Below are positions 10,934 to 21,345 of a stretch of 64,000 nt of DNA, in pieces. The notes under the pieces were generated by a model that searched no databases, was not told where the DNA came from, and worked only from the letters and a program-made list of their open reading frames with translations. The DNA comes from a virus. Where the stretch lies: IMG/VR virus record IMGVR_UViG_3300030117_006141, positions 15,616-79,615 of that record. One strand, 5' to 3'. Both the position numbers and the translations under genes were made by a program. Numbering within the stretch: position 1 is the first letter of the stretch; each line of letters opens with the position of its first letter.

Positions 10934-12793
10934 TTATCGATCAAATCTTATAACTATTGTAGTGTCCATATTTTTAGGTTTTTTTATTGGTGTCGCCATT
11001 TTAGCAACTGCTAATAAATCAAATTCATCATTATATAATCCAACGGATGTTATGTACGGTGAAAAATTTGAAGATGATGCAAATCCTTTCATTCTATAAT
11101 CTTTTATAGAATTATCTATTCTAAGAGTCGGGTTCATTGATGATTCAAATTCATCATCCTTAATATGACAATAATATTCCGATTCATATATAGTGTGTTT
11201 ATTTTGGAAGTTTATATACCATTTAGATGTATCACTAAACATATTAGTATAAGGTTCTCTTGGATCAGTAATCACCGCTAAACCATAATCATAAAAAATA
11301 TTACCTACTATATTTGTATTGGTAATACTAGATGATAATATCTGTAATGATGCTGATGGTATGGCTGAGTTATATAATCTTAGTTCATCTATAGAGCCCG
11401 TAAATGGTCGTATCATATTTTCCACGCTCGTTTTATATTTTATTCCTCCTCCCATTGAATCTCTATATACCATCGGTTCATAATCACTTAACAACTCAGC
11501 ACTGCCTTCCAAAAGACCCGGTCTAGATGAATAAAATGATTCATATGCTGGGATGTGTCTTGCTGCGCCTATTTGGATTGGTGCATCCGATATTGTCGAT
11601 AAAGATGTGTCAGTAAAATCATTCACTAGTCCCTTTCTTTGACCATTACAATACATTTCCAATTTAGAGCCTGTTTTTTGAAACAAAAAATGTCTCCAAG
11701 TATTATCATTATATTTATCAGCAGATATAATTGTTTTTGTGGTAACACCTGTTGATCTTCTAAAGATAATTTTACCATCATTTGAACCCCATGAATTACC
11801 TACTGAAATTTCAAATGGATACGGAAGACCGTCTTTTTGTTTCTTAGAAATAATTACATTTTCTGTATGATTACTTAATGGTCTTCTTTTTACAAAATAC
11901 GTGTTACCGTCTCCAGCTGGTAGGTTTTTGTAGGATTCAAAGGCTCCTTCTCTACTTTGACTAACAGACTGACTTGTTGGTATTTTCAACCACATTCCAA
12001 TTGCAAATTCTTGATCAATCCCCAGTCTTGTTTGTTCAGGGCCCTGTCTTTTTGCTAATACATAACTTCCACTTACACCTTGCGTATTTAATGCATACCC
12101 ATTCATTCCCTTTTTATATTTTACCTTATGAGATGATACATTATATGGATAGGGGCCTTTATAATCTAATCCACGTTTTTCACCATAATATCTACCTTGA
12201 GATATAGGGTTGTCAACAGGATTGTCATATCTAAATCCATCACTAAAGGGTATATGAATCATTAAATTTTCTTTACCAACCATACTACTTGTAGATATTG
12301 TTTTGTCTATCAAATTAGTATATCCATCATCCTCTAATCTTATTGTTGGGGTCACTCCACTATCCATTATTTTTATAGTATTAGCTTTTATACCTTCTCC
12401 CCATAATGATTGGGGAATTGATATTATATGGGCTTGTGAATGCAAATCTCTATGTTGTCTACCGGGATCATTCATTTGACATGGTTGGGCATTTACATCA
12501 TTTTCCATGCCTCTAGAGTTATATCTATAAAACAATTGGTCTATATTAGAATGTAATATAAATTTATAACGTGTATTCGATACAGGTTCAGATGATGATG
12601 CTGATATAAATGAATTCTTAGAAGCAGAAGAAAAAGATGCTATATAATGATTAGAACCAGTAATTAGACTTCCCGTTAATTGTATCGATGCATTTAACGC
12701 TCCGCCTGTTACAGTCCAAACCTTATTAGCCACAAATGGTTGAAGAGATACATCTTCTGGTTTGAATGATTTAAAATATCCTATTTTTGCCAT
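10934..12793 (-). CDS. Virion baseplate/tail protein with LamG domain and tail-collar-like C-terminus
   Basis: LamG-like FAIGMWLK...WRHF...FTGSIDELRLYN. C-terminal PYITSVGLYN...LLAVAK shared with 12873-13907. Confidence 0.65.
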   Translation of the reverse strand: MAKIGYFKSFKPEDVSLQPFVANKVWTVTGGALNASIQLTGSLITGSNHYIASFSSASKNSFISASSSEPVSNTRYKFILHSNIDQLFYRYNSRGMENDVNAQPCQMNDPGRQHRDLHSQAHIISIPQSLWGEGIKANTIKIMDSGVTPTIRLEDDGYTNLIDKTISTSSMVGKENLMIHIPFSDGFRYDNPVDNPISQGRYYGEKRGLDYKGPYPYNVSSHKVKYKKGMNGYALNTQGVSGSYVLAKRQGPEQTRLGIDQEFAIGMWLKIPTSQSVSQSREGAFESYKNLPAGDGNTYFVKRRPLSNHTENVIISKKQKDGLPYPFEISVGNSWGSNDGKIIFRRSTGVTTKTIISADKYNDNTWRHFLFQKTGSKLEMYCNGQRKGLVNDFTDTSLSTISDAPIQIGAARHIPAYESFYSSRPGLLEGSAELLSDYEPMVYRDSMGGGIKYKTSVENMIRPFTGSIDELRLYNSAIPSASLQILSSSITNTNIVGNIFYDYGLAVITDPREPYTNMFSDTSKWYINFQNKHTIYESEYYCHIKDDEFESSMNPTLRIDNSIKDYRMKGFASSSNFSPYITSVGLYNDEFDLLAVAKMATPIKKPKNMDTTIVIRFDR

Positions 12794-12807
12794 ATATTGA
12801 TTTCCTT

Positions 12808-12844
12808 AAAATAAAAGCTTCTCTATAATAAATATAAAGAAGCC
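12808..12844 (-). terminator. Intrinsic terminator with a TATTTAT promoter-like motif in its loop
   Basis: Minus strand GGCTTCTTTATA-TTTAT-TATAGAGAAGCT followed by TTTATTTT. Confidence 0.65.
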
Positions 12845-12872
12845 ATATTTTTTAAGAATTATATAACTATAA

Positions 12873-13907
12873 TTAGTATTCTAATTTTACTTTAATTAAA
12901 GCTTCTCTTGAAAAACTTTTTAGTAATGGTTTACTAAGCTTGGCTACGGCAAGTAATTCATTTGCATTATTATACATACCAACTGTTGTAATATAAACTT
13001 GTGGGTTTTGCTTCATTGTCGCATGTTTTAGACTTCCATTAGAACCAGTAACAAATGAAGGATTATTACTATAATTATAATCTTTATTTTTTACTCTTAC
13101 AAAATAATATGCACATGTTAATTGTTGAGCGTTTCTAGCTTTAAACGATGCTCCTCCTTTTACGTGATTATAAAATTTAGCCGGTTCTGCTGGTGTATCT
13201 GCCGTATTAGATCCACTTCTTCTACCCCTAGTAGCTACAATACCCATAGAACTAGATGAAATCAATCCTGCATCAAATATTAAAATTCCTTGTTCAGGAT
13301 ACACCTTTCCGTATCTAGTTTTATTGTTTGTATGAGCTCCAGTTGTTCCTATTGAACCACTAATAATATCATAACTAGCTCCTGCAGTTCCAATTTCTCC
13401 TGCTGCATCTGCACTGTTATCTATAAATTTTACGGGTGCTTTACCAACTGAACCTGATAATGTTAGTTCCCAATTTCCTGGGTCTAGTGCTTCTTTTGCC
13501 CTAGCTCTATTGAAATTAATAACAAATATTTCTTTAACGGATCTTGTATTTCCGGCACCATCAGTTGTTGTCCAAGTAGTTGTTCCATCATCTAATAATA
13601 ATTGTTTATATTGCGAGAATATAGCTTTTGTTGGAGAATCTCCAGCTCGTCCACCTGTTGTTTTATATGATCCACTGCCGTCTATATTTCCATATGCCAC
13701 AGAAAATTGAGGTACAGCTGTAGTATCTGAATTGATATCTTTATCATATATTTCTAAGTAATAATTACCTGAGCTACCGCTCTGTGTAGATGATGTAAAA
13801 AATGTTGCTAGTGTAGCACTATTATCTGACCATGCTGTTGATGTAACTATTTCCTGTTTTCCATAAATTGTGTCATCGCTCGTAAATGCTTGATATATCT
13901 TAGCCAT
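12873..13907 (-). CDS. Virion baseplate/tail-collar-like structural protein
   Basis: C-terminal VYITTVGMYN...LLAVAKLSKP resembles the tail-collar fibre (DUF3751-like) C-terminal half. Structural gene context. Confidence 0.6.
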   Translation of the reverse strand: MAKIYQAFTSDDTIYGKQEIVTSTAWSDNSATLATFFTSSTQSGSSGNYYLEIYDKDINSDTTAVPQFSVAYGNIDGSGSYKTTGGRAGDSPTKAIFSQYKQLLLDDGTTTWTTTDGAGNTRSVKEIFVINFNRARAKEALDPGNWELTLSGSVGKAPVKFIDNSADAAGEIGTAGASYDIISGSIGTTGAHTNNKTRYGKVYPEQGILIFDAGLISSSSMGIVATRGRRSGSNTADTPAEPAKFYNHVKGGASFKARNAQQLTCAYYFVRVKNKDYNYSNNPSFVTGSNGSLKHATMKQNPQVYITTVGMYNNANELLAVAKLSKPLLKSFSREALIKVKLEY

Positions 13908-13920
13908 TTTTTAATTTCTC

Positions 13921-14568
13921 CTATTTATTTGGGTCCAAGTTTACAGCAAGAGATACTGTTAATGAACCTCCTGTTTCATTACCTATAAATGTAACAGTTG
14001 CTGATCCTGCTGCAGATAACGATTTAGCTGTGATTCTAAATGAATTTCCAGATACAGTTACTGTATTATTAACAGGAGTTCCTTCGGTTGTTGTATTATA
14101 TACATTAGAATATGAACCTCCAGTTGTTGCTGAACCTACTACATCCAAAAATGCTATATCTGAATCTGATAATATCGCGGTATAACCTGCCGTTCCATTT
14201 GAGCCGGGTAAGTTAGGTGTTGATGGACTTATGACAATTGATTGTCCCTGGTCTAAAGGTCCTAGTGCAGTGCTTCCAATATTAATTATAGGTAATTTAG
14301 TTGTATTTTGTCCAAGTGAAACTAGTTTATGTTTCATTACATGTTGTTGATTAGGTGATGCCTCAACTACAGGCATACTTTCTATCACTGTTCCATAATA
14401 GTTACTACCTAACTCATGTGCCGGATTCCAAAGGTTATAATCCACTTCATCATCCGCTAAGGCAAATTTTGTAATTTGAAAAGAACCGTCACCTTTTGCT
14501 AAAAGTTCCCTTCCCTTTTTTGTTAATATTGCGTCCACTGTAATTGAACTATTGTCTAAATATCCCAT
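13921..14568 (-). CDS. Virion structural protein, tail-collar (DUF3751-like) N-terminal half
   Basis: AILTKKGRELLA...ITKFALAD motif. Preceded by a TATTTATA motif. Confidence 0.55.
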   Translation of the reverse strand: MGYLDNSSITVDAILTKKGRELLAKGDGSFQITKFALADDEVDYNLWNPAHELGSNYYGTVIESMPVVEASPNQQHVMKHKLVSLGQNTTKLPIINIGSTALGPLDQGQSIVISPSTPNLPGSNGTAGYTAILSDSDIAFLDVVGSATTGGSYSNVYNTTTEGTPVNNTVTVSGNSFRITAKSLSAAGSATVTFIGNETGGSLTVSLAVNLDPNK

Positions 14569-14662
14569 AATTTTTCCTCTTATTATTCTACATATAAATA
14601 TATACTTATAGTAAAAAGCTGTCCTTTATTATAATTATATGTTGCTCTAAATATTCTTTCAT

Positions 14663-17600
14663 TTATTTTCCTGATTTACCACCTGCCCAAGATGTATTAG
14701 GTGGGCTTGCTGTTATCCAAACCATTTCATACCCATTATTTAACCAATATCCATTTGTTTGACCCTGAGGTCCTGGTTGTTGAGAACCTGGAATTATATC
14801 ACCCTTTTGACCGCCCATAACAGATACTTCTGCAGGCAATTCACCGGATAATAGCAACTCACCTTTACCTGCCTGGGCTTCTGCTGCGCTAAATAATAAA
14901 TTAGGATTTGTTTCAAAATATTCTACTACTGCATTTCCATCAGGTGTTTGGGAACTTGGTATATTGAAATCCGCTCCACGCATTTGAGCTCCCATGAATG
15001 ATAGTAATTGTATTCCAGTATTGTCATCAATATTAACTTCCGCAAATTTTATTGAACTAGAATACGCCTGTTTTTTATATGAACCCAGGTGTGCGCCAAA
15101 TTGACCATTGGGTGTTTTTCTATATGGTTGTTTAGGGTTTCTAGCATACTCAAATGGCCCTCTCCAAGATCCCGCATCTAAGTATAACATATGATTAGAT
15201 GCACTTATAGAAGAACTATAAAAATATTGTTTTGTTTTATAAATACTAGATACTCTCGATGCTGTAATTGCGGGATTGGTTCCTTCTCTAGAAATTATGC
15301 TAGCTAATTGTATAGATGAGGATCCTTTCGTATATGAATCTGTTCCTTTATGTATAACAGTTTGTGTTTGCAAATATCTAGAACCATCTTCTCTTATATT
15401 ATATCCATGTCTGCTATGGATAGGTCCAGTTCCAACAATCGACATTTCCCAAGGAACTCCTGCGCTTCCTGTTTTATATACTACATCATTTGAAGACGTA
15501 AAATGATAAATAATATTTTCCGTTTGGTTAATATTTTTTAAGCTTCCTGATGTCATAATGTATTCACCATATATTTTTGCATGTGATGATGTTACAAATA
15601 TATCATTAGGAGTTGTTGTATTATAATCCATTTTTATGGTAGCCGGATCCTTAAATTGGTCTTCCGACAGAACAGGTTGTGCTCTTTCAATTTTAGTTCT
15701 TTCTAATATTGTTGGCTCTATTAATAACCCTGATAATTCGTTAGCTTTACTCGGAATAAATTTATTAATTATCTTAAATAGAGAACCATCAAAAAACTCT
15801 ATCTGCCTGATATAATCCCAAAGATTTTTTCCTGATGAATATTTTTTAAAGTATTCGTTGCGAATATTATTTAATTGTGTATATTCATTTTTATATTGAT
15901 CTCTCGGATCGCCAACGAATTGATCTAATCGTGTTTGGCCTATTGAGTTTGCTATATCTATGTTTACGTCATTTGTTGGTGACAAATATATACCTATCTT
16001 ATTGGTATCTATAGGCGCAGTGTCTAACGATGATTGTTCCTTTCGAGTATGCCTTGAAAGTATTGAGTACTTTTCCCCATCAGCTGCAGTCTCTTGTGGT
16101 AATTTATTATCTTCTATTCTAATCTTATTACTAGTAGGACTGTTTCCAACCGTACTTGGCATATTAATATAATACACCTCTTCTACGTCTTCATAATCAT
16201 TACCATATTTACTAAATCCTGAACCTGAAGCGTATCCGTATTGTAATCCGCCGTTAGTAGACCAGTCTACATATTTATGAGCAGAAGGATGACTACTAGA
16301 TATTATCTTATTTCCCGATGAACTATGATCATATGTTTTTAAATCCGTTCCTAATCGGAATCTAGTTACTAAATCATAATATGATGACGAATAATTATTA
16401 CCAACAATACTTTGAGGATTTTGGATATGTTGATCAAATGCCCCGACTGATAGTCTATTTATCCACAATCTATATTCTTGCATTGACCCACTAAATCCAT
16501 AATCTTCCGGCCATGCCGCTTTAATGTCAGCAGGGCAACCATTTGTTGAATCCCATTCATCTGGTCTAAGTCCTATAGTTTGATTCTGGACGCCCGCTTT
16601 TATCCAATGATTTTGATTAACTGATCCGGATATTGTTCTGGTGCTAGCTGATACCGCATGCGTTATTCTACCCTGGGAATGATCTGCTGATTTTTTTGCA
16701 AATACGTCAAATGTTACAGGTTGTAATTTTTGGTGAGCTGGAGTTCCAGAACCTGTAGGCATTGTTCGTCTTAACATTATATTCCACCAATCTCCGTCGT
16801 ATAGCGGAGTCCAAGCTGTGGAGCAAGATACAATTCCCCCTTGGCCGTTATTCTCTATACTACCCGAAGCCCAGTATTTTAATCTTCCATATGGAGATTT
16901 ACCAACCTTATAAGTTAAATGTGCGGAAGAACTGTGTTCTAATACAAGACCTCTGCTGCTTTGGATATCCGCCCATAATACCTGATTCCTTTTGTATGAA
17001 GTTTTAATTCTCATTTCCATTGTATTTGGAAAGAAATTCATATGTGAATTAGGGTGGTGTTTATCTATTTTTGTCCAGTCATGTGTTATCTTATCTGTTC
17101 CTGAAAATCTTAGTGCGTTAGCATATCTATTGATCGCAAATTGGGAATTTTGACCTTCTAAATCCGGTCCACCAAATTCTACAATTCTTAAAATTGAAGA
17201 TGGTATACCATAACAATTTACAAGTGCTCTAATACTTCTTTCAGTTCCTTTCGTTTTTAATAACGAAGGTAAATTATTGATTATTCTATTCCATATCTCA
17301 GTCGTTCTATCATAACCCGAAATTGTAGGCAATGATCCTGATGTTGTTCCTAACCCAGTTTGTAATGTTGTTCCGGACTGATTTGTTCCTAGTGCATAGG
17401 ACCAAAGATCTTCATTAACGTTACCATTAAATAATTGGGTTCCCAATGATTGGGCTATATCATATAATAGTTCTTTAGGTGCACCAATATTTGGGTCCTC
17501 TTCCCTGCTATGAATACTTGTTAGATTTTGTATATAATTAAATAGGATATCATAATGCTGACCTAACATATGTGTATAGGTAAACATTGTACTATTTTGT

Positions 17601-18934
17601 GGGTCGTCCAATATAAATGTTGGAAGAGCTTTTAATAGCATATCCTGATTATCCCTATCATGCATAGATGCAGAATATACTTGACCTCCAAAAAATGGAC
17701 TACTTGTGCTTGTGTTACCAAACCATTTTTTAACAACAGTATCTGAAGATGATACATTGCAGTATGGTTTTGTATTATTATATTTGGGCCATGTTGATGG
17801 TTCGTATTTTATATTTCCGTCATCTCCTGAACCTGAGCCATAGTACAAAAATCTTTCATATCCATCAAATCCATTTAACAAGGCATCTATTTGTTGTTTT
17901 TTTATTTGTATATTTCCAGTAGCTTCCGTTCCGGCTCCTGATAAATTATTTAGATCATTAATATCCGATCTATAATCTTCTATGAGGGTCATTTTATAAT
18001 GAAAATTTCTTAATCTTTCTTCTGCAGAACTAAAATGTATAAAATTATTAAAATCCCTATAATCAATATTTAATTCAACACCTTCTCCCCAACTTCCACT
18101 AACAAATTTAGATATTAATTGCTGGGATGTTTCTTGACCAGATCCTAGTATTTCATCCCATGTCTTTTCAGCAGTACCATAAGATTTTACACCGTCTAAA
18201 TTTAATTCAAAATTAGGATGAAGTAATCTAAACCCCTCAGAGGCAACTGGTGTCTGTAAGTTAATATTAATATCTACTATATCTGAACATAATACAGAAA
18301 TGTTAATAACCGATTGGCCTTCTGTTTTTAATGGGGTAAGTAATTTTAGATAAACATTTTTATTATCATCTAAAGCGGCACCGCCCTCAGCATATAAATT
18401 TATAACATGAGATACATCACCTTTACCTTCTTCAATAATAAGAGGCAAGGTAAACATACTACCAGGGTCATCGCCTATATATCGAACTTCATGCAATCTA
18501 TATATCGCGGACCAAAGCATATGGTATTTTGATGCATATTGTTGACCAGCAATTTCTGGATCATTATTTAACTGTTCTATAGTTTCACCTGTAATTTTTA
18601 TTTCTTTGAAATCTTCTGATATTTCATCAATCGGTATTCCTGTTAAGTGGTTTCTAACGAAAAGTAATTTTACATTAAATTCGCCTGATGAGAATCCAGC
18701 CTTTGTTAGTGCGGCCTCTATATCTACTAATGTGGCGCCTGAAGTTTTTTCTGGGATGGACCCATCAGAATTTGTGCTAGAAGTATACCAATCCCCGGGA
18801 TCCACAACAGTAGATATTATAAAATTACCCGCGGTATTATATACATGCATAATAACGCGATCATCACTAGATACGCCGAAGTTTGTTAAAAACTTGCGTC
18901 CTGGTAAATTTGGTGTTAATGTTATTCTAGCCAT
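14663..18934 (-). CDS. Large baseplate wedge protein (gp7/P2 gpI-like core)
   Basis: LLYDIAQSLG...IWNRIINNLPSLLKTKGTERSIRALVNCYG motif. LamG-like segment. Baseplate context. Confidence 0.6.
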   Translation of the reverse strand: MARITLTPNLPGRKFLTNFGVSSDDRVIMHVYNTAGNFIISTVVDPGDWYTSSTNSDGSIPEKTSGATLVDIEAALTKAGFSSGEFNVKLLFVRNHLTGIPIDEISEDFKEIKITGETIEQLNNDPEIAGQQYASKYHMLWSAIYRLHEVRYIGDDPGSMFTLPLIIEEGKGDVSHVINLYAEGGAALDDNKNVYLKLLTPLKTEGQSVINISVLCSDIVDININLQTPVASEGFRLLHPNFELNLDGVKSYGTAEKTWDEILGSGQETSQQLISKFVSGSWGEGVELNIDYRDFNNFIHFSSAEERLRNFHYKMTLIEDYRSDINDLNNLSGAGTEATGNIQIKKQQIDALLNGFDGYERFLYYGSGSGDDGNIKYEPSTWPKYNNTKPYCNVSSSDTVVKKWFGNTSTSSPFFGGQVYSASMHDRDNQDMLLKALPTFILDDPQNSTMFTYTHMLGQHYDILFNYIQNLTSIHSREEDPNIGAPKELLYDIAQSLGTQLFNGNVNEDLWSYALGTNQSGTTLQTGLGTTSGSLPTISGYDRTTEIWNRIINNLPSLLKTKGTERSIRALVNCYGIPSSILRIVEFGGPDLEGQNSQFAINRYANALRFSGTDKITHDWTKIDKHHPNSHMNFFPNTMEMRIKTSYKRNQVLWADIQSSRGLVLEHSSSAHLTYKVGKSPYGRLKYWASGSIENNGQGGIVSCSTAWTPLYDGDWWNIMLRRTMPTGSGTPAHQKLQPVTFDVFAKKSADHSQGRITHAVSASTRTISGSVNQNHWIKAGVQNQTIGLRPDEWDSTNGCPADIKAAWPEDYGFSGSMQEYRLWINRLSVGAFDQHIQNPQSIVGNNYSSSYYDLVTRFRLGTDLKTYDHSSSGNKIISSSHPSAHKYVDWSTNGGLQYGYASGSGFSKYGNDYEDVEEVYYINMPSTVGNSPTSNKIRIEDNKLPQETAADGEKYSILSRHTRKEQSSLDTAPIDTNKIGIYLSPTNDVNIDIANSIGQTRLDQFVGDPRDQYKNEYTQLNNIRNEYFKKYSSGKNLWDYIRQIEFFDGSLFKIINKFIPSKANELSGLLIEPTILERTKIERAQPVLSEDQFKDPATIKMDYNTTTPNDIFVTSSHAKIYGEYIMTSGSLKNINQTENIIYHFTSSNDVVYKTGSAGVPWEMSIVGTGPIHSRHGYNIREDGSRYLQTQTVIHKGTDSYTKGSSSIQLASIISREGTNPAITASRVSSIYKTKQYFYSSSISASNHMLYLDAGSWRGPFEYARNPKQPYRKTPNGQFGAHLGSYKKQAYSSSIKFAEVNIDDNTGIQLLSFMGAQMRGADFNIPSSQTPDGNAVVEYFETNPNLLFSAAEAQAGKGELLLSGELPAEVSVMGGQKGDIIPGSQQPGPQGQTNGYWLNNGYEMVWITASPPNTSWAGGKSGK

Positions 18935-18948
18935 TTATATTTTTCCTA

Positions 18949-21345
18949 TTAATCCGGTGAATATCCAAAATTATTTCTAGGTGATTCAGTTACTGCCTTA
19001 CTATGACCATAATTTCTTGCATCTTTATAATGGCCACTATATTCTTCCGATTTCATTCTTTCCAACATAGCCCTAAAAGCACAGTCCAGTAAATGAAAAG
19101 TTAAACGTTGTTTTATCATATTTTTTATTTGTTCTTCCTTAGCACTAAATACTTCTTCAGGAACTTGTGTCTGAGCTTGTAGTATTTGATATATTTTATT
19201 CCAATTCATGGTATCTTCTAAAGTAACTTTAATTTCACTAATATCATCTTCACTGATTCCTGTAATTGATATATCCTGTGGATTGTAGTCCATCATAAAC
19301 CAATATAAACCGCACAGACCCCAATACATATTAGGCAGGACATAATTATCACTAGGATCATTTAAAAAGTCATCAAAATCAGACCAATGTTGTGTCCCGG
19401 AAATACCACTATGAGTAATTTGCTTGAATACATCGTATATTGGTCTTTTTAGAAAAGTATAATCTCCATCCTCAAAAGACCATGCTCCCTGCATAGTTTC
19501 TAATTTGTTTAGATGGGGTTTGAAGTTATCAGTATTTTTATGAACCTCATAAATAGCATCATCTATATCTTCGTATAATAATTTTTGTCTAATAACAGGA
19601 ATTATATTAGCTCCAGCCATAACCAGAATTCTTCTTTTTGTCATAACAGAACTCAGATCCTCCTGATCTCTAGTTAATGCCGGTATGCTAAATTGGAAAT
19701 ATATAGCCGATTTACCATCCCTATCCATTTGATTATTATTAAAATCCTTGAGCCATTCTAAATTCATTCTCTTTACATTCAGTGCTGCCATTGCCGCATG
19801 TCTAACCATAATCGGTTTGCCAAAATAAATATCCTCTGCATCATCCATGTCCGGCCGACTAGTTTTTGACGTTTTACTATACCCAACCCAAGAGCTCCAA
19901 GGCAGATTATGATCCCACGAAGATTCTGGTTCGATTCCCGTATTGGGTCTATAAATATTAAAACATATATGTTTATTTCTTATCCCTTCTTCTTCATTTG
20001 GCCATCTATAAAAATCTTTGACAGAGCCTACCCAGGTGGATAATGGGTATGCGGTATCTCTTACTGCACCCATACTTCCATTCCCCCAAGTTGCTCTTTC
20101 ATTCCATTCCTCTAATTGACTCCACTCTGTAAATTTATATTTTAATACAGCGGGGTTTAGAGCTGCTCTACGAGGCATTTCCCATGTTTCATATTGTCTA
20201 TTAAAATCATCACCCAATCTATTTACAATAATTCTAGCATTTATTCCCCAACAACCAGTAAGAATAGATTTAAATCTTATGTCGTTCATTGATCTATCCC
20301 AAGCCCTACTACCGTCTCTATGAGCTACTAATTCCACTCTTAATTTTCTGGCCCCGATCGGCATTCCTATTCTTCTGTGCTTGAAACACATTAAGGTTCT
20401 TTGATAACTATTTCGTGTATTACTTAACTGAACTCTTCTTATTTCATCGTCCCTATCATTGAATAAAATAAAATTTATTCTAATCATATCATTTATAAAT
20501 GCTTGTTTGATATGCCAAAAAGCCGGGTGATCATTTCTCTCGTGGGAGGAATCATCTGATGCAATACCCCTTCTCCAGTTAACATCCCCATCATCATCTA
20601 TTTTAGTATAACAGTGAGTATCATGCACATGAAATCTTTTTCCCACTAACCAAGCACCGCATCTAAGATCAACTTCCTCTATACCTTCTATTTTTCTATC
20701 TATCACATCTTTTATTTGTGTTAAATCTATTTCCTGATGTAGTTTTATTTCATTATGTAAATTTCTATTAGCAAACGGACCTAATACCCTATCACCTTTG
20801 TCTGGTTTTGGGTATATTTCTTGATCGATTATGTGACGAGTTGATGGTGACATATCCCATGTAGATACCCATCCTAATTTTTTATTACTATCCCAAAAAT
20901 AGGGAGCTACTTGTTCCATGGAACCCTCTATTACTGACCATCCCGCATCTCCTAATCTTTGTTCTCCATTTTGAACTATATTCTTCGTTAATAAATTATT
21001 TTCCAAAACATCCAAAACTTCTACGGTTGTTGGCTCAGATGTCACTGTCCCGAACTGATTGGAGATTTCACACTGATATATTCCAGCGTCATCTACTCGT
21101 ATATCATTAAGTTCAATAGATGGTCTATCCCACCAAGATCTGGGTCTTTTATAATCATGATATGCAAGATCGCCTTCCTCTGTTCCAAAGGGAATACCAT
21201 CTTTGGTCCATAGATAATGTAATGTATTATCATTTGCAGAATTAACAAAAGAATTATGTGTCACACCAACGCTCAATATTAAATTAGAGCCCTGGACGAC
21301 TGTTCTGATATTATCTTTTACATATATCGTTTTGGTTTCTGACAT
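18949..21345 (-). CDS. Virion protein with N-terminal Ig-like (I-set) domain and probable carbohydrate-binding domain
   Basis: YLWTKDG...DDAGIYQCEISNQFGTVTS is an Ig signature, followed by NIVQNG...GWSV. Confidence 0.65.
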   Translation of the reverse strand: MSETKTIYVKDNIRTVVQGSNLILSVGVTHNSFVNSANDNTLHYLWTKDGIPFGTEEGDLAYHDYKRPRSWWDRPSIELNDIRVDDAGIYQCEISNQFGTVTSEPTTVEVLDVLENNLLTKNIVQNGEQRLGDAGWSVIEGSMEQVAPYFWDSNKKLGWVSTWDMSPSTRHIIDQEIYPKPDKGDRVLGPFANRNLHNEIKLHQEIDLTQIKDVIDRKIEGIEEVDLRCGAWLVGKRFHVHDTHCYTKIDDDGDVNWRRGIASDDSSHERNDHPAFWHIKQAFINDMIRINFILFNDRDDEIRRVQLSNTRNSYQRTLMCFKHRRIGMPIGARKLRVELVAHRDGSRAWDRSMNDIRFKSILTGCWGINARIIVNRLGDDFNRQYETWEMPRRAALNPAVLKYKFTEWSQLEEWNERATWGNGSMGAVRDTAYPLSTWVGSVKDFYRWPNEEEGIRNKHICFNIYRPNTGIEPESSWDHNLPWSSWVGYSKTSKTSRPDMDDAEDIYFGKPIMVRHAAMAALNVKRMNLEWLKDFNNNQMDRDGKSAIYFQFSIPALTRDQEDLSSVMTKRRILVMAGANIIPVIRQKLLYEDIDDAIYEVHKNTDNFKPHLNKLETMQGAWSFEDGDYTFLKRPIYDVFKQITHSGISGTQHWSDFDDFLNDPSDNYVLPNMYWGLCGLYWFMMDYNPQDISITGISEDDISEIKVTLEDTMNWNKIYQILQAQTQVPEEVFSAKEEQIKNMIKQRLTFHLLDCAFRAMLERMKSEEYSGHYKDARNYGHSKAVTESPRNNFGYSPD

